Below, in pieces: positions 28,489-37,243 of a stretch of 64,000 bases of DNA. The notes beneath the pieces are model-generated. The model made no database searches. It had not been told where the DNA came from and was given only the letters and a program-made list of their open reading frames with translations. Made by a program: the position numbers and the translations under genes. Each line of letters opens with the position of its first letter. The first letter of the stretch is position 1. The DNA is taken from NCBI GenBank assembly GCA_965242595.1, contig OZ251464.1, positions 2,568,021-2,632,020 of the forward strand. The letters are read 5' to 3'. Origin of the DNA: Alphaproteobacteria bacterium (lineage in GTDB: Bacteria; Pseudomonadota; Alphaproteobacteria; SP197).

Positions 28489-29232
28489 ATGGACTCGGGC
28501 GCGACGGACTGGGGCGCGATGGACTGGGGCGCGATCCGGGCCGTGCTGTTCGACAAGGACGGCACGCTGATCGATTTCGCCTCCTGGCTTCCCGTCTGCG
28601 ACGCCCTGGCCAGCGCTCTGGCCCGCGCGGCCGGGCGCCCCGAAGCCGCCCGGGAGATGCTGCTGGCCACGGGCTACGACCGCCGCCTGCGCCGGCTGAC
28701 ACCCGACGCCATCCTGCTTCAGGGCACCAACCGCGAGATCGCCCGCCGGTGGCGCGCCGTGCTGGGCCGGGCCGCACCGCCCGATCTGGAGGCCAGGGTG
28801 CTGTCCGCCTTCGCCCGCCATGGCGATGGCGAGATGACGGCGACGGCCGATCTGCCCGCCCTGTTCGCCACCCTCTACGGGCGCGGCTATGCGCTGGGCA
28901 TCGCCACCAACGACGATACCCGCGCGGCCAGGCACAGCGCGGGGCGGCTGGGCATCGCGCCCTATCTCGCCTTCGTCTGCGGTGCCGATGGCGGCCATGG
29001 CGGCAAGCCGGCCCCGGGCATGGCGCTGGCCTTTTGCGCCGCGGCCGGGGTGGCGCCCGGCCAGGCGGCCATGGTGGGCGATGCGCCGGCCGATGCGGCC
29101 ATGGCGCGCGCGGCCGGCTTCGGCGCGGCCATCGGCATCGCCAGCGGCAGCGGGGCCGCTGCGCTGCGCCCCCATGTCGATGTCGTGCTGGAAAGCGTCG
29201 CCGCCCTGCCCGCCCTGCTGCGCCCTGGATAG
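28489..29232 (+). CDS. HAD-superfamily hydrolase (phosphoglycolate-phosphatase-like)
   Basis: ..AVLFDKDGTLIDF.. (DxDGT motif I) ..GIATND.. ..MVGDAPADAAMARAAG.. (motif IV). The real start may be the third Met (MDWGAIRAV..). Confidence 0.8.
   Translation: MDSGATDWGAMDWGAIRAVLFDKDGTLIDFASWLPVCDALASALARAAGRPEAAREMLLATGYDRRLRRLTPDAILLQGTNREIARRWRAVLGRAAPPDLEARVLSAFARHGDGEMTATADLPALFATLYGRGYALGIATNDDTRAARHSAGRLGIAPYLAFVCGADGGHGGKPAPGMALAFCAAAGVAPGQAAMVGDAPADAAMARAAGFGAAIGIASGSGAAALRPHVDVVLESVAALPALLRPG
28491..28535 (+). repeat. 3 x 15-bp direct tandem repeat (GGACTSGGGCGCGAY)
   Basis: ggactcgggcgcgac / ggactggggcgcgat / ggactggggcgcgat, read directly from the sequence. The repeat sits at the 5' end of the HAD hydrolase ORF. 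Confidence 0.9.
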
Positions 29233-29328
29233 GCGGTGCCTTGCATTCGCCCGCCCGCCTCGCCACCATGGGCATCTGGCCATTCTGTGCCGTTCCATGC
29301 CGTTCCATCCTGCCGGGGGAGACAAGCG

Positions 29329-30438
29329 ATGAAAACCCGTGCCGCCGTGGCGCACAAGGCGGGCGCGCCGCTCGCCATCGAAGAGGTCGATCTGGAAGGC
29401 CCCCGCGAAGGCGAGGTGCTGGTGGAGATCAAGGCCACCGGCATCTGCCACACCGATGCCTTCACGCTTTCCGGCGACGATCCGGAAGGCCTGTTCCCCG
29501 CCATTCTGGGCCATGAGGGTGCTGGCGTGGTGGTGGAGACCGGGCCGGGCGTCGCCAGCCTGGCGGTGGGCGATCATGTCATCCCGCTCTACACCCCGGA
29601 ATGCCGCCAGTGCGAATACTGCACCTCCGGCAAAACCAATCTTTGCCAGGCGATCCGCGTCACCCAGGGCCAGGGGGTGATGCCGGACGGCTCCAGCCGC
29701 TTTTCCCTCGCCGGCGAGAGGCTGTTCCACTATATGGGCACCTCGACCTTCGCCAACCACACGGTGGTGCCGGAGATCGCGCTGGCCAAGGTGCGCAAGG
29801 ACGCGCCCTTCGACAAGATCTGCTATATCGGCTGCGGTGTCACCACCGGGCTGGGGGCGGTCATCAACACCGCCAGGGTGGAACCGGGCAGCAATTGCGT
29901 CGTTTTCGGGCTGGGCGGCATCGGGCTGAATGTCATCCAGGGCCTGCGCCTGGTGGGCGCCAACATGATCGTGGGCGTCGATCTCAACCCCGCCCGCGAG
30001 GCCATGGGACGGCGTTTCGGCATGACCCATTTCGTGAACCCGCGCGAGGCCGGGGGCGAGCTGGTGCCCCATCTGGTGGATGTCACCGGCGGCGGGGCCG
30101 ATTACAGCTTCGAATGCATCGGCAATGTCGATACCATGCGCCAGGCGCTGGAATGCGCGCACAAGGGCTGGGGCGAATCGGTCATCATCGGCGTCGCGCC
30201 GGCCGGGGCGGAGATCTCCACCCGCCCCTTCCAGCTGGTCACCGGGCGCGTCTGGCGCGGCACCGCCTTCGGTGGCGCCAAAGGCCGCACCGACGTGCCG
30301 AAGATCGTGGATTGGTACATGGACGGCAAGATCGAGATCGACGCCATGATCACCCACAGCATGGGCCTGGACGCCATCAACGACGCCTTCCAGCTGATGC
30401 ATGCGGGCCAATCGATCCGCAGCGTCGTGGTCTATTGA
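29329..30438 (+). CDS. frmA: S-(hydroxymethyl)glutathione dehydrogenase / class III alcohol dehydrogenase
   Basis: MKTRAAVAHKAGAPLAIEEVDLEGPREGEVLVEIKATGICHTDAFTLSGDDPEGLFPAILGHEGAGVV.. and ..CRQCEYCTSGKTNLC... It is 369 aa; the ATG at 29329 was checked. Confidence 0.9.
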   Translation: MKTRAAVAHKAGAPLAIEEVDLEGPREGEVLVEIKATGICHTDAFTLSGDDPEGLFPAILGHEGAGVVVETGPGVASLAVGDHVIPLYTPECRQCEYCTSGKTNLCQAIRVTQGQGVMPDGSSRFSLAGERLFHYMGTSTFANHTVVPEIALAKVRKDAPFDKICYIGCGVTTGLGAVINTARVEPGSNCVVFGLGGIGLNVIQGLRLVGANMIVGVDLNPAREAMGRRFGMTHFVNPREAGGELVPHLVDVTGGGADYSFECIGNVDTMRQALECAHKGWGESVIIGVAPAGAEISTRPFQLVTGRVWRGTAFGGAKGRTDVPKIVDWYMDGKIEIDAMITHSMGLDAINDAFQLMHAGQSIRSVVVY

Positions 30439-30440
30439 CG

Positions 30441-31280
30441 GTGGCGGCCGTCGAGACCGTCTCCCAGCATCGCTGCCATGGCGGCGTGCAGGGCTTCTAC
30501 CGCCATGAATCGGCCGCCATCGGCCTGCCCATGCGCTTTGCCGTCTATCGCCCGCCGGCGGCCGGGCGGGGCCGGGTGCCGGTGCTGCTCTACCTTTCGG
30601 GGCTGACCTGCACGGAAGAGAACTTCACCGTCAAGGCCGGGGCGCAGCGGCTGGCGGCCGAACACGGCCTCATGGTGGTGGTGCCCGATACCAGCCCGCG
30701 CGCCAGCGGCATCGCAGGCGAAGACGACGACTGGGCCTTCGGCACCGGGGCCGGCTTTTATCTCGACGCCACCCAGGCGCCGTGGTCGCGCCATTACCGC
30801 ATGGAAAGCTATGTGGTGGAGGAGCTGCCAGGCCTGATCCGCGCCGCCTTCCCCGCCGCCGGGCGCATGGGCGTCTGCGGCCATTCCATGGGCGGCCACG
30901 GCGCCATCTCGCTGGCGTTGAAGAATCCGGGCCTGTTCCGCTCCGTCTCCGCCCTGGCGCCGATGAGCTCGCTGATGGGCTGCTCCCTGGGCCAAGCGGC
31001 GCTCGCCCGCTATCTGGGGGAGGATCGCGAGGCCTGGCGCCGCTACGATGTGGCCGACCTCATCCGCAGCGGCCAGCGCTGCCCGCCGCTGCTGGTGGAC
31101 CAGGGCAGCGAGGACGAATTCCTGCCCGAATTGCTGCCACAGGCGCTGCAACAGGCCTGCCAGGCGGCGGGCCAGCCGCTCACCCTCAACATGCGCCAGG
31201 GCTACGACCACAGCTACTGGTTCGTGCAGAGCTTCATGGCCGACCACTTCGCCCACCACGCCGCCGCGCTGGCCGTCTGA
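30441..31280 (+). CDS. fghA: S-formylglutathione hydrolase (esterase D family)
   Basis: ..VETVSQHRCHGGVQGFYRHES..LLYLSGLTCTEENF..GHSMGGHGA.. (GxSxG) ..GYDHSYWF... The start is GTG 30441 (or TTG 30435), immediately after frmA. Confidence 0.85.
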   Translation: MAAVETVSQHRCHGGVQGFYRHESAAIGLPMRFAVYRPPAAGRGRVPVLLYLSGLTCTEENFTVKAGAQRLAAEHGLMVVVPDTSPRASGIAGEDDDWAFGTGAGFYLDATQAPWSRHYRMESYVVEELPGLIRAAFPAAGRMGVCGHSMGGHGAISLALKNPGLFRSVSALAPMSSLMGCSLGQAALARYLGEDREAWRRYDVADLIRSGQRCPPLLVDQGSEDEFLPELLPQALQQACQAAGQPLTLNMRQGYDHSYWFVQSFMADHFAHHAAALAV

Positions 31281-31350
31281 GGGGCCGGGCCGATCTGGCG
31301 CGTGGGCCGCAGGGCGATGGTCTTCGATCTGGGGTTTCGAGGGGCAGGGC

Positions 31351-31425
31351 GGTAGCGGGGGAGGGACTCGAACCCACGACCTTGGGATTATGATTCCCCT
31401 GCTCTACCAACTGAGCTACCCCGCC
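31351..31425 (-). tRNA. tRNA with CAT anticodon (Met, or Ile2 if lysidine-modified)
   Basis: The reverse complement is GGCGGGGTAGCTCAGTTGGTAGAGCAGGGGAATCATAATCCCAAGGTCGTGGGTTCGAGTCCCTCCCCCGCTACC. The D and T arms are canonical and the anticodon loop is AT-CAT-AA. In my hand fold G1 pairs with U72, there are 27:43 and 50:64 mismatches, and the terminal CCA is not fully encoded (ACCg). Confidence 0.75.
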
Positions 31426-31481
31426 CGGCGCGCCCTGGCCACCGCAGGCCGGGCGCATATAGGAAGGCGCCCTGCGGCGTG

Positions 31482-32609
31482 TCAAGCCGGGCCGGAGGTG
31501 CGCTCGATCCCGGGGCGTTCGATCCAGCCACCGCCCAGAAGGCGGTCTCCGTCATAGATGACGCAGGCCTGGCCGGGGGCGATGGCCTCTGCCGGGGCCG
31601 CCAGGCGGACGCGGGCGCGGCCTTGCCCGGCGGGCGTGACGCGGGCGTCCGAGGGCGGCTGGGACGAGCGCAGGCGCACCTGGCAGGCGATGCCGCCTTC
31701 CGGCATGGCGCCCGCGCCCAGCCAGTTGAGCTCGCGGATGGCGAAGGCGCTTCCCATCAGCGCCTCGCGCGGGCCCACCACGATGCGGCGCCGTTCCGGT
31801 TCGATGGCGGTGACGAACAGCGGATGCTGGCCGGCGATGCCCAGCCCGCGCCGCTGGCCCACCGTGAAACGGGCGATGCCGCCATGGCGGCCCAGCACCC
31901 GCCCCGTGCCATCGACGATCTCGCCCGGCCGGTCGGCTTCGGGGCGCAGCTTTGCCAGCATCTCCCCGTAGCGGCCCTGGGGCACGAAGCAGATATCCTG
32001 GCTGGCCGGCTTCGCCTCCACGGCCAGGTTCAGGCGCCGGGCATGGCCGCGCACCTGGGCCTTGGTCATGGCGCCCAGCGGAAAGCAAAGCCACGCCAGC
32101 TGCGCCGCCGTGGTGGCGAACAGGAAATAGCTCTGGTCGCGGGCCGTCTCGCTGGCGCGGTGAAGCTGCGGCCCGTCTTCGCCTTCCACCCGGCGCACAT
32201 AATGGCCGGTGGCCAGCGCGTCGGCGCCCAGGGCGCGGGCGGTGGCGAGCAGATCGGCGAATTTGATGCGCTGATTGCAGCGCACGCAGGGGATGGGCGT
32301 TTCGCCGGCGAGATAGCTGGCGGCGAAATCGTCGATCACGGCGGCCCGGAACCGCTGCTCGTAATCCAGCACGTAATGGGGGATGGCCAGGGCGGCGGCG
32401 GTGCGGCGCGCATCGTGGATATCGGCCCCGGCACAGCAGGCGCCGCGCCGCCCCGTGGCCCGGCCGTGATGGTAGAGCTGTAGCGTGATGCCAACGATCT
32501 CATGGCCCTGTTCCCGGAGCAGGGCGGCCGCGACGGCGCTGTCGACGCCGCCCGACATGGCGACGACGATGCGCTTTGCTGGCGGCGGGGCGGCGGTGGG
32601 CGCGTCCAT
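31482..32609 (-). CDS. mnmA: tRNA 2-thiouridine(34) synthase
   Basis: ..[34 protein letters not shown].. is a PP-loop SGGxDS motif. ..[10 protein letters not shown].. carries the catalytic Cys. The gene is 375 aa. Confidence 0.9.
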   Translation of the reverse strand: MDAPTAAPPPAKRIVVAMSGGVDSAVAAALLREQGHEIVGITLQLYHHGRATGRRGACCAGADIHDARRTAAALAIPHYVLDYEQRFRAAVIDDFAASYLAGETPIPCVRCNQRIKFADLLATARALGADALATGHYVRRVEGEDGPQLHRASETARDQSYFLFATTAAQLAWLCFPLGAMTKAQVRGHARRLNLAVEAKPASQDICFVPQGRYGEMLAKLRPEADRPGEIVDGTGRVLGRHGGIARFTVGQRRGLGIAGQHPLFVTAIEPERRRIVVGPREALMGSAFAIRELNWLGAGAMPEGGIACQVRLRSSQPPSDARVTPAGQGRARVRLAAPAEAIAPGQACVIYDGDRLLGGGWIERPGIERTSGPA

Positions 32610-32615
32610 GGCGGC

Positions 32616-32948
32616 CTATCCCATCAACATGTTGCGGGTTTCGCGGGGCAGGGTGACGGTGAGCCCGTCCAGCTCTTCGGTCAGCACGATTTGGCAGCCC
32701 AGCCGCGAGGTGCGGGTGAGGCCGAAGGCGAGGTCCAGCATGTCTTCCTCGTCCTCCGAGGGCTCTTCCAGGCGCTCGAAATCGTCGTCGTCGACGATGA
32801 CATGGCAGGTGGAACAGGCCAGCGAGCCTTCGCAGGCGCCCTCGATGTCGATGTTGTGCTGGCGCGCGATCTCCAGCAGCGTCAGGCCCTCCGGGGCGGC
32901 GATCTCGACGCGGCTGCCGTCATGGACGACGAAGGTCACCTTCGGCAT
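32616..32948 (-). CDS. [2Fe-2S] ferredoxin, adrenodoxin/Fdx type
   Basis: [39 protein letters not shown] shows the C-x5-C-x2-C...C ligand pattern. The gene is 110 aa. Confidence 0.9.
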   Translation of the reverse strand: MPKVTFVVHDGSRVEIAAPEGLTLLEIARQHNIDIEGACEGSLACSTCHVIVDDDDFERLEEPSEDEEDMLDLAFGLTRTSRLGCQIVLTEELDGLTVTLPRETRNMLMG

Positions 32949-33005
32949 GGCTTCCCCGTGGCGCGCTTCCCGGCGCCTGCGGCGGCGCCGTTCAAGGGCG
33001 CGGTT

Positions 33006-34217
33006 CTATGCCGTCACCGCCGCCGCGTCCACCGCCGCGGGGACGTCCGGCGCCTTCCGGCGGCAGCGGGCGATGGCCGCCGCCAGGCGGCGGGCGGCGA
33101 AATCGACCTCGGCGGCGCTGGTAAAGCGGCCCAGGCCGATGCGGATGGTGGAGGCGGCCTCGGCCGCGCTCAAACCGATGGCGGTGAGCACCCAGGAGGG
33201 CTGGATTTCGGCCGAAGTGCAGGCCGAACCGGTGGAAAAGGCGAGCTCCGGCACCTGGGCCATCAGCGCCGTCGCCTCCACCCCGGCGACGGTGAGGCTG
33301 ATATTGCCGGCCAGCCGGTCGCCGGCATCGCCGTTCAGCGTCAGCCCGGCGGCGCGCTGGCCCAGGCCCTGCAGGAAGCGTCGGCGCAGGCCGGAAAGCC
33401 GGGCCGCCTCTTCCGCCAGCACCTCGCCGGCCAGGGCGCAGGCCGCGCCCAGCCCCACCGCCAGCGGCGCCGGCAGGGTGCCGGAGCGCAAACCCCTCTC
33501 CTGGCCGCCGCCGGAAAACAGCGGCTCCAGCCGGGCGCGGGGGCGGTGGCGGACATAGAGGGCGCCGATCCCCTTCGGCCCGTAGAGCTTGTGGCCCGAA
33601 AGGCTCATGAGGTCGATGCCGTCGGCCTCCACGTCCAGCGGGATGCGCCCGGCCGCCTGGGCCGCGTCGCTGTGAAAGAGGGCGCCTTTGGCCCGGGCCA
33701 GGGCGGCGATGGCGGCCAGGGGTTGCAGCACGCCGATCTCGTTGTTGGCCGCCATCGCCGAGACCAGCAGGGTTGTGTCGTCGATGGCGCGCTCCAGCGC
33801 CGCCATATCGGCCTTGCCGCTTTTCAGCACCGGCAGCACGACGGCGCGAAAGCCTTCCCGCTCCAGGTCGCGCACGCTTTCCAGCACGCATTTGTGCTCG
33901 CTGGCCAGGGTGACGATCTTGTCGCGCCGCCGGCGGTGGCGCCGTTCGAAGCGGGCCGCGCCCTTGATGGCGAGATTGTTGGATTCGGTGGCGCCGGAGG
34001 TGAAGACGATCTCGCGCGCCGTGGCGCCGATCAGCGCCGCCGTCTGCGCCCTGGCCTTGTCCGCCGCCGCCGCCGCCCGGCGCCCGAAGGCGTGCTCGCC
34101 GGAATGGGGATTGCCGAACCCCTCCTCCAGCCAGGGCCGCATGGCGGCCAGCACGCGCCCATCCAGCGGCGTGGTGGCGTGGCAATCGAGATAGACCGGG
34201 GTGGCGATGGCGGCCAT
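33006..34217 (-). CDS. cysteine desulfurase (class V aminotransferase, NifS/IscS-like)
   Basis: [67 protein letters not shown] (PLP Lys) ..STGSACTS (active-site Cys loop). The start is moved to the Met at 34217. Confidence 0.85.
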   Translation of the reverse strand: MAAIATPVYLDCHATTPLDGRVLAAMRPWLEEGFGNPHSGEHAFGRRAAAAADKARAQTAALIGATAREIVFTSGATESNNLAIKGAARFERRHRRRRDKIVTLASEHKCVLESVRDLEREGFRAVVLPVLKSGKADMAALERAIDDTTLLVSAMAANNEIGVLQPLAAIAALARAKGALFHSDAAQAAGRIPLDVEADGIDLMSLSGHKLYGPKGIGALYVRHRPRARLEPLFSGGGQERGLRSGTLPAPLAVGLGAACALAGEVLAEEAARLSGLRRRFLQGLGQRAAGLTLNGDAGDRLAGNISLTVAGVEATALMAQVPELAFSTGSACTSAEIQPSWVLTAIGLSAAEAASTIRIGLGRFTSAAEVDFAARRLAAAIARCRRKAPDVPAAVDAAAVTA

Positions 34218-34221
34218 GGCG

Positions 34222-35325
34222 TCAGGCGGCGTGGCGGGCGGAGATCTCGCGCCAGCACGCGGCGGCGGCGGCGCCATCGCCCGCCTGGCTGGACCAGCCG
34301 AAGCTGAAGCGCAGGGCGCGCCGGGCCAGATCGCCCCGGCCCATGGCGGTGGCGACATGGGAGGGCGCCATCTTGCCGGAGGAACAGGCGGCGCCGGCGC
34401 TGATGGAGATGCCGGCGAGGTCGAAGGCGATCACCATGGTTTCGGCATCCAGGGCGGGATGGGCGGCGCACAGCGTGTTGGCGAGGCGCGGCGCGGCGCC
34501 CGCCAGCACCGCGGTTTCCGGCACCGCGGCCAGTATGGCGTCTTGCAGGCTGTCGCGCCAGCGCCCCAGGGCGGCCAGATCGTCGCCGGCGGCGGCGGTA
34601 GCGGCGGCGGCGAAGGCGGCGATGGCCGGCAGCGGCTCGGTGCCGGCGCGCCGGCCCAGCTCCTGCCCGCCGCCGCGCTGGCAGGCATCCAGCGCCACCC
34701 CGTCGCGGACGATCAGGGCGCCAGCACCTTGCAGCCCGCCCAGCTTGTGGCCGGAAAGCGAGATCAGATCGGCCTCGCGCCAGGGGCCGTCGCCGCGCCC
34801 GGCCGCCTGGACGGCGTCGCAGTGGACCAGGGCGCCATGGCGCCGCGCCAGGGCGATGACCTCGCCCAGGGGCTGGATGGCGCCGGTTTCGTTGTTGGCC
34901 GCCATCGCAGAGACCAGGGCGGGGGCATCGTCTTCGCCCAGCAGCCTTTCCAGGGCGGCCAGATCGATCAGCCCTTCGCCATCCACCGGAACGGGGACGA
35001 TGCCGGCGGTGGCCAGCACGGAGGGATGTTCCACGGCAGAGGCCAGCAGACGGCGGCCGCAGCCGGCCAGCGCCAGATGGTTGGCCTCGGTGGCGCCGGA
35101 GGTGAAGACGACCTCGCGCGGGAGGGCGCCGGCCAGGGCCGCCACCCGGTCGCGGGCGTCTTCCAGCAGCGCCCGCGCCCGGCGCCCGTCGCCATGGACC
35201 GAAGAGGCGTTGCCGGCCACCGCCATCGCCTCTGCCGCCGCCGCCCGCGCCTCGGGGCGCACCGGCGCGCTGGCGTTGTGGTCGAGATAGACCCTGGCCA
35301 CGGCGCCCGCCGGCGATCTCAGCAA
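34222..35325 (-). CDS. cysteine desulfurase / class V aminotransferase (second copy)
   Basis: ..[57 protein letters not shown]... It lies directly upstream of the first desulfurase. Confidence 0.8.
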   Translation of the reverse strand: MLRSPAGAVARVYLDHNASAPVRPEARAAAAEAMAVAGNASSVHGDGRRARALLEDARDRVAALAGALPREVVFTSGATEANHLALAGCGRRLLASAVEHPSVLATAGIVPVPVDGEGLIDLAALERLLGEDDAPALVSAMAANNETGAIQPLGEVIALARRHGALVHCDAVQAAGRGDGPWREADLISLSGHKLGGLQGAGALIVRDGVALDACQRGGGQELGRRAGTEPLPAIAAFAAAATAAAGDDLAALGRWRDSLQDAILAAVPETAVLAGAAPRLANTLCAAHPALDAETMVIAFDLAGISISAGAACSSGKMAPSHVATAMGRGDLARRALRFSFGWSSQAGDGAAAAACWREISARHAA

Positions 35326-36064
35326 TCTGGCGTGCAGCCTGGGACGCGGTCTGGCACGCGGTCGGCGGCCGGTCTCGGGGCGCCGCGAAGGTCGTGGCCG
35401 TCCTCGCCGCGCTCCAGGGCGGCGATGCGCCCTTCCAGGGTGGCGATATGGGCCAGCAGCCCGTCGATGGTTTTGCTCACCGGGTCGGGCAGGTCGGGCC
35501 GGGCGGCGCCATAGGCGGCGAAGGCCTCGTCCCGTTCCTGGCGGCCGGCGCGGGCCCGGTCCACCACCCGGGCCGGAATGCCCACCACGGTGGCCCCGGG
35601 CGGCACATCCTTCAGCACCACCGCGTTGGACCCCACCAGGGCGCCGGCGCCGATGTTGACCGGCCCCAGAATCTTGGCCCCGGCGCCCACCACCACATCG
35701 TCGCCCAGGGTGGGGTGGCGCTTGCCCTTGTTCCAGCTGGTCCCGCCCAGGGTGACGCCGTGATAGAGGGTGACGTTATCGCCGATCTCGGCCGTCTCGC
35801 CGATCACCACCCCCATGCCGTGATCGATGAACAGGCGCTGGCCGATGCGGGCGGCGGGGTGGATTTCGATGCCGGTGAAAAAGCGCCCGAGATGGGAGAC
35901 GAAGCGCCCGGCCAGCTTCAGCCGCCGCCGCCACAGCCCGTGGGCCAGGCGGTAGAACAGCAGGGCGTGAAAGCCCGGATAGCACAGCACCACCTCCAGG
36001 CGCGAGCGCACCGCCGGATCGCGCCCGAACACGGCGCCGATTTCGTTGCCGATGGAAGCGAACA
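35319..36064 (-). CDS. cysE: serine O-acetyltransferase
   Basis: [62 protein letters not shown].. shows hexapeptide repeats. The ATG at 36064 was verified by hand. The rest of the 541-aa ORF is artefactual. Confidence 0.9.
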
Positions 36065-36199
36065 TCGACCCCCCCTGGCGCCGCGCCGAAGCCGCCCTGT
36101 GCGACGCCCACATGCGACACCCGCACAGGACGCCGTGGGTGGATCGGGTGGCGGCGCGGCACCGCCCCGCTTCACAGATAGAAAACCCAGCCGCCGCAA

Positions 36200-37198
36200 T
36201 CAAGGGGCGCCGCAGGGGGCCAGGCCGCCGGCGCGCCGTTCCTCGCGCGGGCTGTGGCCGAAATATTCGCGATAGCGGCGGCTGAAATGGGAGGCCGAAA
36301 CGAAGCCCGCCGCCAGCGCCACCGACAGGATCGAGGCCCGATCCTGCATCAGCATCAGCCGCGCCCGGTGCAGCCGCAGCTCGCGGTAATAGCGGGAAGG
36401 CGTGCGCCCCAGATGCTTCTTGAACAGGCGTTCCAGCTGACGCGGGGAAAGGTCCACGGCGGCGGCGATGCCCGGCAGCGGCAGGGTTTCTTCCAGATGG
36501 GCCTCCATGGCGCCGATGGCGGCCAGCAGCTTGGGCTCGCTGACGCCCAGGCGCGATTGCAGCGCCATGCGCTGATGGTCGTGGGCCTCGCGGATGCGTT
36601 CGTGGATGAATTGTTCGGAAACCTTGCCCGCCAGCTCTGCCCCGTGGCGCAGGGCGATCAGGTGCAGCATCAGGTCCAGCGCCGCCGTGCCGCCCGAACA
36701 GGTGATGCGGTTGCGGTCGATCTCGAACAGATCGTAGCTGACGTCCAGCTGCGGCCAGGCTTCGGTGAAGGCTTCCAGCTCCTCCCAGTGGATGGTGCAG
36801 CGATAGCCGGAAAGCAGGCCCGCCCGCGCCAGCAGATAGCTGCCGGTGCACAGCGCCCCCATGGTGCCGCCATGGCGCGCCATGCGGCGCAGCCAGGCCA
36901 TGGTGGGGCGGTCGTCGAAGCGGTGGGCGTCCAGGCCGCCGCACACGAACAGGGTTTCGCAGGCCGCCACCCGATCGATCGCGGCCTGGGCCATCACATC
37001 GAGGCCGTTGCTGGCCCGGACCGGGCCGCCATCGCGGGAGACCAGATGCCAGCGGTAAAGCTGGGTCCCGCTCATGCGGTTGGCCGAGCGCAGCGGCTCG
37101 ATGGCGGCCGTGAAGGCCATCATCGAGAAACGGGGCAGCAGCAGGAAGGTGAAGGTCTCCACCACCGTGGCCTCCCCCGGCCGGGCATGGGCGAGCAT
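36200..37198 (-). CDS. GlxA-family transcriptional regulator (DJ-1/PfpI-like domain + AraC HTH)
   Basis: ..[26 protein letters not shown].. is the N-domain. The C-terminal ..[27 protein letters not shown].. is the AraC HTH. Confidence 0.85.
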   Translation of the reverse strand: MLAHARPGEATVVETFTFLLLPRFSMMAFTAAIEPLRSANRMSGTQLYRWHLVSRDGGPVRASNGLDVMAQAAIDRVAACETLFVCGGLDAHRFDDRPTMAWLRRMARHGGTMGALCTGSYLLARAGLLSGYRCTIHWEELEAFTEAWPQLDVSYDLFEIDRNRITCSGGTAALDLMLHLIALRHGAELAGKVSEQFIHERIREAHDHQRMALQSRLGVSEPKLLAAIGAMEAHLEETLPLPGIAAAVDLSPRQLERLFKKHLGRTPSRYYRELRLHRARLMLMQDRASILSVALAAGFVSASHFSRRYREYFGHSPREERRAGGLAPCGAP

Positions 37199-37243
37199 GG
37201 CGCGGCGGGCGGGGCTGTCAATCGGTGGGCGCCGGGATGCCGC

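Noticed and set aside
35319-36944. 541-aa ORF extending cysE upstream.
   Set aside because: The extension overlaps the GlxA-family regulator gene out of frame and is Arg/Pro-rich nonsense. CysE homology begins at the ATG at 36064.
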